Origin: an uncultured Bacteroides sp.
GTDB taxonomy: Bacteria > Bacteroidota > Bacteroidia > Bacteroidales > Bacteroidaceae
NCBI GenBank assembly: GCA_900553185.1
Contig: USCT01000009.1
Location: 677-64,676, forward strand
Reading direction: 5' to 3'
Length of the DNA stretch: 64,000 bases
The notes under the pieces were generated by a model. That model ran no database searches. It was given only the letters and a program-made list of their open reading frames with translations, and was not told the DNA's origin. Every line of letters begins with the position of its first letter. Within the stretch, counting starts at the first letter, position 1. A program made the translations under genes and the position numbers. Below, in pieces: positions 1 through 10,360 of this stretch.

Positions 1-176
1 GCACTGGCAATCATGATTTCACGGTTCCGTCCCTCGTCATAACGTTCCAAAGCCCATTCCCGGTCTTCCTCTTTCAGGTGAGTCGTCAGACAAAAATCCG
101 GATACGTACGGGTCTTGAACTTACAGTTCTGTGTTCCACAATCTACACAGGTATGCAATTCTTCTTTTTCCATCAT
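1..176 (-). CDS. 5' part of a Cys-rich DUF1847-like protein (runs off the left edge)
   Basis: Hand translation MMEKEELHTCVDCGTQNCKFKTRTYPDFCLTTHLKEEDREWALERYDEGRNREIMIAS...; CxxCxxxxC...PxFC pattern; TACTTTTG -7 box at 201-208 (minus). Confidence 0.7.
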   Translation of the reverse strand, partial: MMEKEELHTCVDCGTQNCKFKTRTYPDFCLTTHLKEEDREWALERYDEGRNREIMIAS

Positions 177-305
177 ATTTTATATCATTAAGTTGTTCTG
201 CAAAAGTACATTTTTCCCTCTAAAAAAACCTTTTCTCATCCACGAGGATTCGTCAAATGTATACAAAATCCAGCTAACTCATCCCATATATTCAAAGGAA
301 TTGCT

Positions 306-313
306 TACTTTTG
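306..313 (+). promoter_or_regulatory. Bacteroidetes -7 promoter box for the men cluster
   Basis: TACTTTTG matches TAnnTTTG about 25 nt upstream of the 339 start. Confidence 0.6.
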
Positions 314-338
314 CATATATAATAGAAAATGACAAGCC

Positions 339-758
339 ATGCAAAAGAGCGAACAAACGACACTTGAATTTCCCGATTTATCCCATTCCATGGGAGAAGG
401 ACTGGGTATCAGGTTCGAAGAAATGAAAGAAGGATTTGTCAAAGCGACCATGCCCGTAGACCATCGTACCTGTCAGCCTTTTGGCATATTAAACGGAGGG
501 GCTTCGCTGGCTTTGGCCGAAATAGTAGCCGGACACGGCTCTGTACCCTTATGCTCTCCCGAACAAATACCTTGCGGAATTCAGGTAAGCGCCAACCACC
601 TGCGGATGGTTCCTGTGGGAAGCCATGTCATCGCCACCGGAACTCTCATACACCGGGGACGTACGACCCATATCTGGAATGTTGACATCACCGACCCCGA
701 CGGAAAACTGGTGTCGACAGCCCGAATCGTCAATCAATTAGTAAAGAAACGCTCATGA
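339..758 (+). CDS. menI: PaaI/hotdog thioesterase, likely DHNA-CoA thioesterase
   Basis: QPFGILNGGASLALAE hotdog motif; first gene of the men cluster. Confidence 0.8.
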   Translation: MQKSEQTTLEFPDLSHSMGEGLGIRFEEMKEGFVKATMPVDHRTCQPFGILNGGASLALAEIVAGHGSVPLCSPEQIPCGIQVSANHLRMVPVGSHVIATGTLIHRGRTTHIWNVDITDPDGKLVSTARIVNQLVKKRS

Positions 759-1864
759 TCATACCCGAAAAAACGCTTCAAGCACAAATTCATGAACTGA
801 CACAAAGCCGTTGCAGCTTTGCCCTCTACCGCCTGCCATGGACCGACGAACCGATTCTCGTCATGCAACGAGAAGGAGAAGCGGAGACCTTACAACAACT
901 GACTGAACTGAATGAAAAAGAAGGATTTGTCATGGCCCCGTTCCAGGTTACAGACGAACATCCCATTGTACTTATCCGACCGGACATAGTCGCTCATGAA
1001 TGGACAGCTATCGGCATGGCCCTAAAAGATTTACCGGAATTCGAGCCGGCAGAAGAAAACAGTCAACTGGAACTGATACAGACAGAAGAGTCCTTGAAAG
1101 ACCTGTACAAAGCAGCCTTTAACCGCTTCATAAGTCCGCTGAAAGAAAAGAAATTCCAGAAACTGGTACTCTCGCGTCATTACACAACTGTCCTGAAAGA
1201 AGATTTTCAGCCGTTGGCAACGTTTATCAAAGCATGCAACAGCTATCCGCGCATGATGATTTCTCTTTGCCATACGCCCCAAACCGGAACCTGGATAGGA
1301 AGCACACCGGAAATTATCCTGAGCGGACAGGAAGAACAATGGCACACTGTAGCACTGGCAGGTACAATGCCTATGCAAGGCGATGTCATGCCGACCGAAT
1401 GGAGTTCCAAAAATAAGGAAGAACAGGCATACGTAGGTGACTACATCCGAAAAACAATAAAAAAATTCGGGAATAAACTAACCGAAAAAGGGCCGTATAC
1501 CGCCCGTGCCGGACAACTGGTTCATCTGAAGACCGATTTTCATTTTTCCTTAAAAGATACCAGACATCTGGGAGACATTCTGTATGAACTCCATCCTACT
1601 CCCGCCGTATGCGGATTACCGAAACAGCAAGCATACGAATTCATACCTGCCAACGAGGGAGGAGACCGAAGTTATTATTCCGGAATCATCGGCTGGCTGA
1701 ATCCAAGCGGACACACCAGTCTTTATGTCAACCTCCGTTGCATGCACATCATCGGGACTCAGGCTACTCTCTATGCCGGCGGAGGTATCCTGGCTTCTTC
1801 TACGGCCGATACCGAATGGGAAGAAACCCAACAGAAAATGAACACCATGCGTAACATTCTATAA
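755..1864 (+). CDS. menF: Isochorismate synthase
   Basis: KLVLSR, GSTPE, ALAGT, LHPTPAVCG, YAGGGI chorismate-binding motifs. Confidence 0.92.
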   Translation: MIIPEKTLQAQIHELTQSRCSFALYRLPWTDEPILVMQREGEAETLQQLTELNEKEGFVMAPFQVTDEHPIVLIRPDIVAHEWTAIGMALKDLPEFEPAEENSQLELIQTEESLKDLYKAAFNRFISPLKEKKFQKLVLSRHYTTVLKEDFQPLATFIKACNSYPRMMISLCHTPQTGTWIGSTPEIILSGQEEQWHTVALAGTMPMQGDVMPTEWSSKNKEEQAYVGDYIRKTIKKFGNKLTEKGPYTARAGQLVHLKTDFHFSLKDTRHLGDILYELHPTPAVCGLPKQQAYEFIPANEGGDRSYYSGIIGWLNPSGHTSLYVNLRCMHIIGTQATLYAGGGILASSTADTEWEETQQKMNTMRNIL

Positions 1865-1888
1865 TTTTTAACCAGAAAATCTCTGCGT

Positions 1889-3553
1889 ATGTATACAGAC
1901 AAGAAAAGTATTCTGCAACTGGCTGTGCTTCTGAAAGCACACGGCATCCGAAAAATCGTACTTTGTCCGGGAAGTCGTGACATTCCCATCATCCAGACAC
2001 TGGCAAATATTCCTGATTTCACCTGTTATCCCGTTACAGACGAACGGAGTGCAGGGTTCTTTGCTATCGGACTGGCCCTTCACGGAGGAAGCCCTGCCGC
2101 TGTATGCTGCACTTCGGGAACAGCGTTGCTGAACCTGCATCCTGCCGTAGCCGAAGCTTTCTACCAACAAATACCACTGGTCGTAATTTCAGCCGACCGG
2201 CCAGGTGCCTGGATCGGTCAAATGGACGGACAGACACTTCCGCAACCGGGTGTCTTCGGATCACTGGTAAAACGTTCTGTCAATCTTCCCGAAGTATCTA
2301 CCGAAGAAGATGAATGGTATTGTAACCGCATACTGAACGAAGCATTGCTGGAACTGAATCACCACGGACGAGGCCCCGTCCATATCAACGTGCCCATCAG
2401 CGACCCGTTTTTCAAACTGCCGGTCACCGAACTTCCGGAAGCTCGGGTCATCACCCGTTACCAAGGGCTCAACGTATACGACAAAGATTATCAACCTCTG
2501 ATCGACCGGCTAAATCGGTATCAGCGCCGCATGGTGGTAGTTGGACAGATGAACCTGATTTACCTGTTCGACAAGAAATATACCAAAATGCTCTACAAGC
2601 ACTTTGCCTGGTTCACCGAAAACATCAGTAACCGGACCATCCCAGGACAAGCCATCCGGAACATCGAGCCACTACTTTGCTCCATGAACTTCGAAACACA
2701 GGAGAAAATGCGCCCGGACCTGCTGATTACGTATGGCGGACACGTCATTTCCAAACGTCTGAAAAACTTCCTGCGCCGACACCCGCCTAAAGAACACTGG
2801 CATGTATCACCCGACGGAGAAGTGATGGACCTGTATGGATCGCTGACCACAGTTATCGAAATGGATCCTTTCGAGTTTCTTGAAAAAATTGCCCCAATGC
2901 TGGAAAACCGTACACCGGAATATCCACGCCAGTGGGAAGCGCTCTCAAAAGCCATTCCGCAAGCCCGTTTCTCTTACTCGGAAATGAGCGCTATCGGCAA
3001 AGTTATTTGCCAGCTACCGGCTTCCTGTTCCCTACACCTGGCCAACAGCTCTACGGTACGCTACGCACAGTTGTTTAACGTACCGGAAGAAGTCGAAGTT
3101 CTTTCCAACCGTGGAACCAACGGCATCGAAGGATCCCTGTCTACAGCCGTCGGCTATGCGGCAGTTTCAGATAAGCTGAACTTTATCCTTATTGGCGATC
3201 TAAGCTTCTTCTACGACATGAATGCCTTGTGGAATTCAAATTACGGTTCCAACATCCGCATTCTGCTACTTAACAACAGTGGAGGAGAAATTTTCCATGC
3301 ACTTCCCGGACTGGAACTGCACGAAAACGCCCGCCGTTTCGTAACCGCTACCCACCAGACCTCCGCAAAAGCCTGGGCAGAAGACCGGGGATTCGAATAC
3401 CTGTCAGCCCACAATGACACGGAACTGGACGAGGCGGTAACCCATTTCGTTCAACCCTCCATCACCAACCGTCCGATGCTGCTGGAAGTATTTACCGACA
3501 AGGCGCATGACATTGAACTTTTGAAAGAATATTATCATAACCTCAAACATTAA
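1889..3553 (+). CDS. menD: SEPHCHC synthase
   Basis: [40 protein letters not shown] ThDP motif. Confidence 0.95.
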   Translation: MYTDKKSILQLAVLLKAHGIRKIVLCPGSRDIPIIQTLANIPDFTCYPVTDERSAGFFAIGLALHGGSPAAVCCTSGTALLNLHPAVAEAFYQQIPLVVISADRPGAWIGQMDGQTLPQPGVFGSLVKRSVNLPEVSTEEDEWYCNRILNEALLELNHHGRGPVHINVPISDPFFKLPVTELPEARVITRYQGLNVYDKDYQPLIDRLNRYQRRMVVVGQMNLIYLFDKKYTKMLYKHFAWFTENISNRTIPGQAIRNIEPLLCSMNFETQEKMRPDLLITYGGHVISKRLKNFLRRHPPKEHWHVSPDGEVMDLYGSLTTVIEMDPFEFLEKIAPMLENRTPEYPRQWEALSKAIPQARFSYSEMSAIGKVICQLPASCSLHLANSSTVRYAQLFNVPEEVEVLSNRGTNGIEGSLSTAVGYAAVSDKLNFILIGDLSFFYDMNALWNSNYGSNIRILLLNNSGGEIFHALPGLELHENARRFVTATHQTSAKAWAEDRGFEYLSAHNDTELDEAVTHFVQPSITNRPMLLEVFTDKAHDIELLKEYYHNLKH

Positions 3554-3558
3554 CGCTT

Positions 3559-4380
3559 ATGGCACAAAGAGAATGGAAAACCATCAAGGAATATCAGGAT
3601 ATCCTGTTCGATTTCTATAACGGAATCGCCAAAATAACCATTAACCGTCCGCGTTATCGTAACGCATTCACCCCTACAACGACTTCTGAAATCAGCGATG
3701 CGCTACTTTATTGCCGGGAATGTCAGGACATCAATGTAGTCGTACTGACCGGAGCCGGTGACAAAGCATTCTGTTCGGGAGGTGACATGCACGTGAAAGG
3801 TCACGGAGGCTATGTAGGAACCGACGGAGTACCTCGGCTGAACGTTCTGGACGTACAGAAACAGATCCGGTCCATCCCAAAACCTGTCATCGCCATGGTA
3901 AACGGTTATGCCATTGGAGGCGGTCATGTACTGCACGTAGTATGCGACCTGACCATTGCTTCAGAAAACGCCATCTTCGGACAGACGGGTCCCCGCGTTG
4001 GTAGTTTCGACGCAGGTTTCGGTTCCTCTTATCTGGCACGGATTGTCGGTCAGAAAAAAGCCCGTGAAATCTGGTTCCTTTGCCGCCAGTATTCAGCTCA
4101 GGAGGCTCTCGACATGGGACTGGTAAACAAGGTCGTTCCTTTCGATAAACTGGAAGACGAAGTCGTGGAATGGGCAGAGACCATGATGCAGCACAGCCCA
4201 TTGGCACTACGCATGATCAAAGCAGGTCTGAATGCCGAACTGGATGGACAAGCCGGCATTCAGGAACTTGCCGGAGATGCTACCATGCTGTATTATATGA
4301 CGGAAGAAGCTCAGGAAGGCGGTAAGGCATTCCTGGAGAAGCGCAAACCGGACTGGTCGAAATACCCGAAATTCCCCTAA
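3559..4380 (+). CDS. menB: 1,4-dihydroxy-2-naphthoyl-CoA synthase
   Basis: [30 protein letters not shown]. Confidence 0.97.
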   Translation: MAQREWKTIKEYQDILFDFYNGIAKITINRPRYRNAFTPTTTSEISDALLYCRECQDINVVVLTGAGDKAFCSGGDMHVKGHGGYVGTDGVPRLNVLDVQKQIRSIPKPVIAMVNGYAIGGGHVLHVVCDLTIASENAIFGQTGPRVGSFDAGFGSSYLARIVGQKKAREIWFLCRQYSAQEALDMGLVNKVVPFDKLEDEVVEWAETMMQHSPLALRMIKAGLNAELDGQAGIQELAGDATMLYYMTEEAQEGGKAFLEKRKPDWSKYPKFP

Positions 4381-4387
4381 TATCCAA

Positions 4388-4431
4388 ACAGAAGAACCAG
4401 AAGAAGCGAAGCTAACCTTCGGTTCTTCTGT
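4388..4431 (+). terminator. Hairpin after menB
   Basis: ACAGAAGAACC...GGTTCTTCTGT inverted repeat; U-tract weak. Confidence 0.5.
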
Positions 4432-4777
4432 CAATAAAATCTGTATTCTTCATCGAACGAAACGTCCGAATATTTAAACCTCCTACAGGATTAAAATGTA
4501 AATTCAAGAAAAGTAATTTCCTCCTACAGTAAGCTTTCCAACAATCGGTTTCACGCTTTCACATGCACATAACAAGCTATTACACAACAGATTCCCATGA
4601 AAGATGATATTTCACAATGAAATCACACTTGTTATAAGTGTAGCTTCCTGATTTGGCCAGCAATACAGAAACCTTATTGACTGGTTAACCGATCAACTTG
4701 TAACCTGTTAGTTGAACTTGCAAGCCTAAACATGTAAAAAAACTTGTGAAACAAGGAGTATTTCCGGAAAAATAAAG

Positions 4778-4785
4778 TAGGTTTG
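4778..4785 (+). promoter_or_regulatory. -7 promoter box for menC-menE
   Basis: TAGGTTTG about 25 nt before the menC ATG. Confidence 0.55.
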
Positions 4786-4809
4786 CACTGTCTTTAAACT
4801 CATCTTAAT

Positions 4810-5865
4810 ATGTATCAAATTGAAATCATTCCGCGTACCCTGCACTTCAAACAACCGGCAGGAACTTCACGCGGCATCTATACTACCCGTCAGGTATGGT
4901 ACTTGAAAGTCACCAACCCGCAGACAGGACAAACCGGAGTCGGCGAATGTGCTCCATTACCCGCATTGAGTTGCGATGACTTGCCCGATTACGAAACCAT
5001 CCTGGCAAATCGCTGTCAGGAAGTGGCACAAAACGGTCAATTGGATATTGACAAACTTCGCCCTTACCCATCCATGCTTTTTGGTCTCGAAACAGCTCTT
5101 CAGCACCTGAAATCCGGAAGTGTCAAACTATGGGATACTCCTTTTTCACAAGGTAAACTGGGAATTCCCATCAATGGATTAATCTGGATGGGAAATTTCG
5201 ATGAAATGTACCGCCGTATCGAAGAAAAAATGAAAGCCGGCTTCCGTTGCATCAAAGTCAAAATCGGAGCCATTGACTTCCAGAAAGAATTGGAGCTACT
5301 CGGACATATCCGCAAGCATTTCTCTCCCGAACAGATCGAATTGCGGGTAGACGCCAACGGAGCTTTCACACCTGAGGAAGCACTTACCCGGCTGGAAGCC
5401 TTACATAAATTCCATCTGCATTCCATAGAACAACCCATCCGTGCCGGACAATGGCAGGAAATGAAGCGTTTGTGTGCAGAATCACCCTTTCCAATAGCTC
5501 TCGATGAAGAACTTATTGGAGTGAACGATATGGAACAAAAAATCGAACTGCTGGAAACTATCCGACCGCAATACATTATCCTTAAACCTTCATTACACGG
5601 AGGAATTTCCGGTTCAGCCGAATGGATTCAGCTGGCCAAGGAACGGAATATCGGCTATTGGGTTACTTCGGCCCTGGAATCAAACATCGGCCTGAATGCC
5701 ATTGCCCAATGGTGTGCCACCTTAAATCCGGTACTTCCACAAGGATTAGGCACCGGATTGTTGTTTACAGACAATATCGATTATCCGTTCGCCATCGAAG
5801 GAGATTGCCTCCGGTTCCATCCGGAACAGGCCGAACCAGACTTCAATACGTTTCTTGCACATTAA
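4810..5865 (+). CDS. menC: o-succinylbenzoate synthase
   Basis: Enolase-superfamily KVKIG, RVDANG, IEQP, ALDEE; men context. Confidence 0.92.
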   Translation: MYQIEIIPRTLHFKQPAGTSRGIYTTRQVWYLKVTNPQTGQTGVGECAPLPALSCDDLPDYETILANRCQEVAQNGQLDIDKLRPYPSMLFGLETALQHLKSGSVKLWDTPFSQGKLGIPINGLIWMGNFDEMYRRIEEKMKAGFRCIKVKIGAIDFQKELELLGHIRKHFSPEQIELRVDANGAFTPEEALTRLEALHKFHLHSIEQPIRAGQWQEMKRLCAESPFPIALDEELIGVNDMEQKIELLETIRPQYIILKPSLHGGISGSAEWIQLAKERNIGYWVTSALESNIGLNAIAQWCATLNPVLPQGLGTGLLFTDNIDYPFAIEGDCLRFHPEQAEPDFNTFLAH

Positions 5866-5876
5866 CATACATTATC

Positions 5877-7013
5877 ATGGAACAGATTACCATTTCAGGA
5901 AAAACTTATACAGCCGAAGAAGCCGGCGCCCCTTTCGATAAAAACAACCGAAAACCTACCGGACTCAGCCGGTTGCAGCAAGAGTTCCGAAAGAAATTTG
6001 GACCGGAAAGTTTTGAGGTCTCTTTGGCCGATTTCCTGGCCGAATGGTTCAACCCGCTTCCCGTCCTAAAAGTACAGACCTCCGGTTCTACCGGCACTCC
6101 CAAAGAATTATGGGTAGAAAAACAACGGATGAGAAACAGTGCCCGGCTCACCGTAAACTTTCTGGGGCTGAAAGCCGGCGATACAGCACTCATCTGTATG
6201 CCACTGAAGTACATTGGCGGAAAAATGGTAATTGTCCGTGCCTTAACAACCGGCCTCAACCTGATTCCGATTACCCCCTGTGGACACCCGATGGCCTCAC
6301 TGGACACAGCTCCGGTTTTTGCGGCCATGACTCCCATGCAGGTATTCAACTCCCTACAGATCGAGAAAGAGAAGGAACTCCTGAAACAAATAAACCATCT
6401 GATAATCGGCGGAGGAGCCATCGACACAGAACTGGCACAAGCCCTGAAAGAATTTCCTCATGCGGTATGGAGTACATACGGAATGACAGAAACCCTGTCG
6501 CACATCGCCTTACGCCGTCTCAGCGGTCCTGACGCATCAGAATGGTATACTCCATTCAATGAGGTAAAACTAAACCTTTCAACCGAAGGTACACTAATCA
6601 TCCAGGCTCCGTCAGTCAACCCGGAAACCCTGGTAACAAACGACCTCGTCATCCTCAATGACCGGGGACAATTCCGCATTACAGGCCGTAAAGACAACAT
6701 CATCAACACCGGAGGAGTCAAAGTACAGATAGAACAGGTAGAAACAATACTGAAACCGCTATTGTCCTTCGCCATTCAGATAACAAGCGCTTCCGACCCG
6801 AAATTCGGAGAACGCATCATCCTGCTGGCCGAAACAGGAAAAGCAATTAACGAAGAACAACAACACCAGCTAAGCAATGCATACGAACACCTGCCAGCTT
6901 ACTGGAGACCCAAAGAAGTGATACCGGTACACACACTTCCACAAACCGGATCGGGAAAACCGGACCGGGCAAAGGCTAAAATGCTGGCAGCCAGTTTATC
7001 ACATCATCCATAA
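5877..7013 (+). CDS. menE: o-succinylbenzoate-CoA ligase (short Bacteroidetes form)
   Basis: TSGSTGTPK, YGMTET, GRKDNIINTGGVKV; start placed at ATG 5877 just after the menC stop. Confidence 0.9.
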   Translation: MEQITISGKTYTAEEAGAPFDKNNRKPTGLSRLQQEFRKKFGPESFEVSLADFLAEWFNPLPVLKVQTSGSTGTPKELWVEKQRMRNSARLTVNFLGLKAGDTALICMPLKYIGGKMVIVRALTTGLNLIPITPCGHPMASLDTAPVFAAMTPMQVFNSLQIEKEKELLKQINHLIIGGGAIDTELAQALKEFPHAVWSTYGMTETLSHIALRRLSGPDASEWYTPFNEVKLNLSTEGTLIIQAPSVNPETLVTNDLVILNDRGQFRITGRKDNIINTGGVKVQIEQVETILKPLLSFAIQITSASDPKFGERIILLAETGKAINEEQQHQLSNAYEHLPAYWRPKEVIPVHTLPQTGSGKPDRAKAKMLAASLSHHP

Positions 7014-7050
7014 CAATAAGGTGCTTCCACCCTCTGCTTGCACGAACAGA

Positions 7051-7088
7051 AAAAGATACCGGAATCTCACCACTCAACGGTATCTTTT
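7051..7088. terminator. Bidirectional intrinsic terminator
   Basis: AAAAGATACCG...CGGTATCTTTT between convergent genes. Confidence 0.65.
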
Positions 7089-7142
7089 CCTGAAAGCAGA
7101 AGAACTTCCTGTCGAAGTTCTTACCTGTAACAAAAAAAATAA

Positions 7143-7445
7143 TTACAAAGCGCAAGTACCCGATCCTCCAAAATCGGCCCCTACCTCTCCTTCATATTCC
7201 GGATGACGTTTCAACCAGGTTACGGCATACGAACAGGTAGCCACTGGCTTTAACTGATGACAACGGGCATAATCGTACGCTGCCTTTACGAGAGCGGAAG
7301 CTATTCCCTGTCCGCCTATTTCTTTCGGAACAATGGTATGACGAATATCCAGTCCACCATCGTGAATGTCATAAGCCACATGAGCGGTATAACCGTCGAC
7401 TTCCACCCAAAATCTCTTTTTTTCTTCGTTGTGCTGTATGTCCAT
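7143..7445 (-). CDS. Small GNAT acetyltransferase (YjdJ-like)
   Basis: HTIVPKEIGGQGIASALV...ATCSYA. Confidence 0.85.
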   Translation of the reverse strand: MDIQHNEEKKRFWVEVDGYTAHVAYDIHDGGLDIRHTIVPKEIGGQGIASALVKAAYDYARCHQLKPVATCSYAVTWLKRHPEYEGEVGADFGGSGTCAL

Positions 7446-7719
7446 AATCGTCCTTTCGTTTTACAATGTTTTCTCGAGAGCAAGATACGATTTTTCCGAT
7501 AAAAAATTCCATCCTTCAGCATAAAAAATCATTGTTCCGTCAAAACCAAAGAAAGACAGGTATCTCCAACAGAATACAAGCAAGTTCTACGAAAGCCATT
7601 TTATCTCAGGAAATCGCATTATTCTTTCCAACTTTTCTCATAAATCATCAAATATCAGCTATTTTTTAGCATTTTCTCTGAATTTTTCTTAAATTCGCAG
7701 AAACCGTTTTTATATTTCC

Positions 7720-8355
7720 ATGCCGATTATCCGTTTATCCATGCGTCTGGCCATAAAATTATTAGTACCTGGAATCTTGTTTTCCGCATGTACCACTGTT
7801 TCTACCTCCGAACAACAGGTAGAAGAAATCCTACAGACCGTATGCTTTCAGGAAGGAGACATCGCTTTCCGCGAAGGAAGAGGATGGGAAAGCCGGATTA
7901 TCCGGATGATGGATCCACACGGAACATATACCCATGCAGGAATTGTAACAGACAGCGGAGGACAATGGATGGTCATTCATGCCGTACCGAACGAACCGGA
8001 TTTTCCCGGTGATATAGACCGGATCAAACTAGAGCCCGTTACGGCCTTTTTCGAGAAATCACGTGCTTCACACGGAGAAATAAAACGCATAACCGATGCA
8101 GTCAAGGCTCAAAAGGCCGCCCGCATCGCCCTGCGTCTCTATCAAAAACGAACCCCATTCGATCATGCATACAATGACAAAGATTCAACCAGCATGTACT
8201 GCACGGAACTGGTGGACTTCTCTTTCCGGAAAGCGGGAATCAGCCTGACTGATGAACACGACCGGAAAAGCGGATTCTCCGGATTCACAGGAAGCTACCT
8301 GTTTCCTTCCGATTTATCCAAAAGTTCTTCCTTAACAAGCATCTTTAAGTTTTAA
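7720..8355 (+). CDS. Permuted NlpC/P60 (YiiX/YebB-like) cysteine hydrolase lipoprotein
   Basis: FSAC lipobox; EGDIAFR, THAGIV (His) precedes MYCTELV (Cys); start may be 7741. Confidence 0.8.
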   Translation: MPIIRLSMRLAIKLLVPGILFSACTTVSTSEQQVEEILQTVCFQEGDIAFREGRGWESRIIRMMDPHGTYTHAGIVTDSGGQWMVIHAVPNEPDFPGDIDRIKLEPVTAFFEKSRASHGEIKRITDAVKAQKAARIALRLYQKRTPFDHAYNDKDSTSMYCTELVDFSFRKAGISLTDEHDRKSGFSGFTGSYLFPSDLSKSSSLTSIFKF

Positions 8356-8384
8356 CTACGCTAATAATAACCTTTAAAAAAACA

Positions 8385-8798
8385 ATGACTATGAAAAAAC
8401 TAGTAGGATTTATCGCATTTCTAGTCGGTACTCTGTTTCTGACAGCCTGTTCCTCATCCAGTCCATCGGATGTAACCAAGAAAGCATACGGATACATTCA
8501 AGACGAAGATTACGAAAGCTACGTCGATCTGCTGTACGTAAAACCGGGAGAGAATGCCGAACAAGTCAAAAAAGAGAAAAAAGACCTGATCCTGTTGCTG
8601 AAAGGACTCAGTGAACAAAAAACAGCAGAAACCAATAAGATAAAAAGCTACAAAGTCATCTCCGAAGAAATAGATAAAAATGGCGAAGAAGCTGTTGTCA
8701 AAATGAATGTCGTATATGAAAACGGAAAAGAAGAAGAAGAAACAACCCGCCTGAAAAAAGATGAAGATGGCAACTGGAAAATACAGTTCGCCAAATGA
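8385..8798 (+). CDS. DUF4878-like lipoprotein
   Basis: LTAC lipobox, SPSDV..., KVISEEI..., KDEDGNWKI. Confidence 0.75.
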   Translation: MTMKKLVGFIAFLVGTLFLTACSSSSPSDVTKKAYGYIQDEDYESYVDLLYVKPGENAEQVKKEKKDLILLLKGLSEQKTAETNKIKSYKVISEEIDKNGEEAVVKMNVVYENGKEEEETTRLKKDEDGNWKIQFAK

Positions 8799-8817
8799 TT
8801 TTCCCCATTACATTTCA

Positions 8818-8860
8818 AAAGACCGTATGGTACCCTTATCAAAGGGACTGTACGGTCTTT
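8818..8860. terminator. Bidirectional terminator
   Basis: AAAGACCGTA...TACGGTCTTT between convergent genes. Confidence 0.65.
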
Positions 8861-8879
8861 ATTCAAATATTGAAACATA

Positions 8880-9926
8880 TTAAATCTTACTTTCCGACGA
8901 CAATCCAAAAGGAATAACCAGATTGCCTCCGTCTTCCCAATCGGCCATTTCCACCTCCACCTGAATGCCTGAAGGTGTTTTCTTCACATTAAAAATACAG
9001 TAACCACCTGCCCCGAACTTTTTCAGTGTCGTACTTGCCGAAAGAGGAAGTTCCGTAGTCAAGACCTCGTCATTTTCCATGACAGTTCTGATAACCAGCG
9101 GCGTATGACTGAAGTCGTCCGTCGGCAACACAGGCAGATAAGCCTTGTGCATTTCACCGGAAGGCAATGAAAGACCGTTTCCAAGGAAATTCAAGAGAGT
9201 GGAAGAAGAAGGACTGCCCGTCACCTCGACCGCTTCCTGAGCAACCGGCTTAAAAGAAGCCGTTTCATAAAAAATCGGACTACCATCGGCGGTAGACAAT
9301 CGGATACTTTTGATACGCCGGTCCTGTTCGGTCTGATTCGTTATTTTAAAAATAACCAGCCCCGTCAGATGCCTGAATACTACCCCGGTAAGCAGTGATG
9401 AACTCTCGTCTCTTTCTACAGGAGCAGCATACATGGCCCTGTATTTTCCCAAATGCCGCGAATCATCCACTTCAGCCTGACAGATTGTACCGTCAACAGG
9501 TACAGACAGATGTACCCTACCTTCCTGATCCAAATCCAAGAAAGAAGGATAAAGACCGTAATAGTAATACGAATCTACCTGATCGCCTTCATATTCAAAG
9601 ACAGCCGACCCAATGGAGGATTCTCCCTGCAGCATAAACTCACAAGGAAAGACATTTTCCGCATCGGTACCGATCATCATTTTGACTTTATCCTCCTTAT
9701 CCCATCTCACCTGCAGAGGATTTCCGTTCATCACTTGATTTTCATCGACCGACGCCCTGCTCTCAGCCTCAGAAACGGTCATGGTCATTTTCCATGTAAC
9801 CGCTTCCGAACCTTCTTCTGCATCCATGACATGATCCTCATCAGCCCCACTTTGACAAGAAGCCAAAGCCAGTGTACCCATTATCCCCAAAAAGAAACCT
9901 TTTCCTATCTTCATCATAATTTTCAT
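8880..9926 (-). CDS. Fimbrillin / type V pilin-like lipoprotein
   Basis: LASC lipobox, ESR-A candidate processing site, VRWDKEDKV, YYYGLYP, FRHLTGLVIFKITN, C-terminal VEVEMADWEDGG strand; alternative start 9938. Confidence 0.75.
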   Translation of the reverse strand: MKIMMKIGKGFFLGIMGTLALASCQSGADEDHVMDAEEGSEAVTWKMTMTVSEAESRASVDENQVMNGNPLQVRWDKEDKVKMMIGTDAENVFPCEFMLQGESSIGSAVFEYEGDQVDSYYYYGLYPSFLDLDQEGRVHLSVPVDGTICQAEVDDSRHLGKYRAMYAAPVERDESSSLLTGVVFRHLTGLVIFKITNQTEQDRRIKSIRLSTADGSPIFYETASFKPVAQEAVEVTGSPSSSTLLNFLGNGLSLPSGEMHKAYLPVLPTDDFSHTPLVIRTVMENDEVLTTELPLSASTTLKKFGAGGYCIFNVKKTPSGIQVEVEMADWEDGGNLVIPFGLSSESKI

Positions 9927-9931
9927 TCGGT

Positions 9932-10081
9932 TTACCATTCACCCCAAAAATCATCTCCTACCGTATCGAATCCATGCTTATCACTGGAACACAACATTCC
10001 TTCCATTTCAACCTCCACGCATTCGCATACCGGTGCCACATAAATTTCTCTTTTGTCTGTTGTCTCAATTTTCTTTTCCAT
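9932..10081 (-). CDS. Unannotated 49-aa peptide (YxxP...ExEGxLCxS, acidic Trp-rich tail)
   Basis: Hand translation MEKKIETTDKREIYVAPVCECVEVEMEGMLCSSDKHGFDTVGDDFWGEW; AT-rich leader; stop 5 nt before the fimbrillin ATG; below the ORF-track cutoff. Confidence 0.75.
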   Translation of the reverse strand: MEKKIETTDKREIYVAPVCECVEVEMEGMLCSSDKHGFDTVGDDFWGEW

Positions 10082-10360
10082 AATACAATCTCAATCTTAT
10101 TACTTATTTTACATTTTAAAAGTCCCCTAAAGAAGAACCTGTCTATTCCCCTACCGTTTCACTTTCATAGATTCTTTTTTACAAGCGTTACACCAAGTCA
10201 AACGTGCCACCTGCCCCCATTGTTCGGAAAACATAAAAGAAATATCCTCAAAGCCCGATTTTCATGATATAAATCAAGTTTTAAGGATATTCCATGAATA
10301 CGCAGCGTGATCTGATCAAACGGCTATTCCTATTGTGATAAAATTGAATAAGCCAACGCT

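Noticed and set aside
5622..5876. N-terminal extension of menE in the ORF track
   Set aside because: Overlaps menC by about 240 nt in another frame; ATG 5877 fits operon spacing
10181..10210. sigma54 promoter for the peptide-fimbrillin operon
   Set aside because: TGGTGT-N5-TTGT is a poor -24 match, and the nearby TGGCAC lacks a correctly spaced -12
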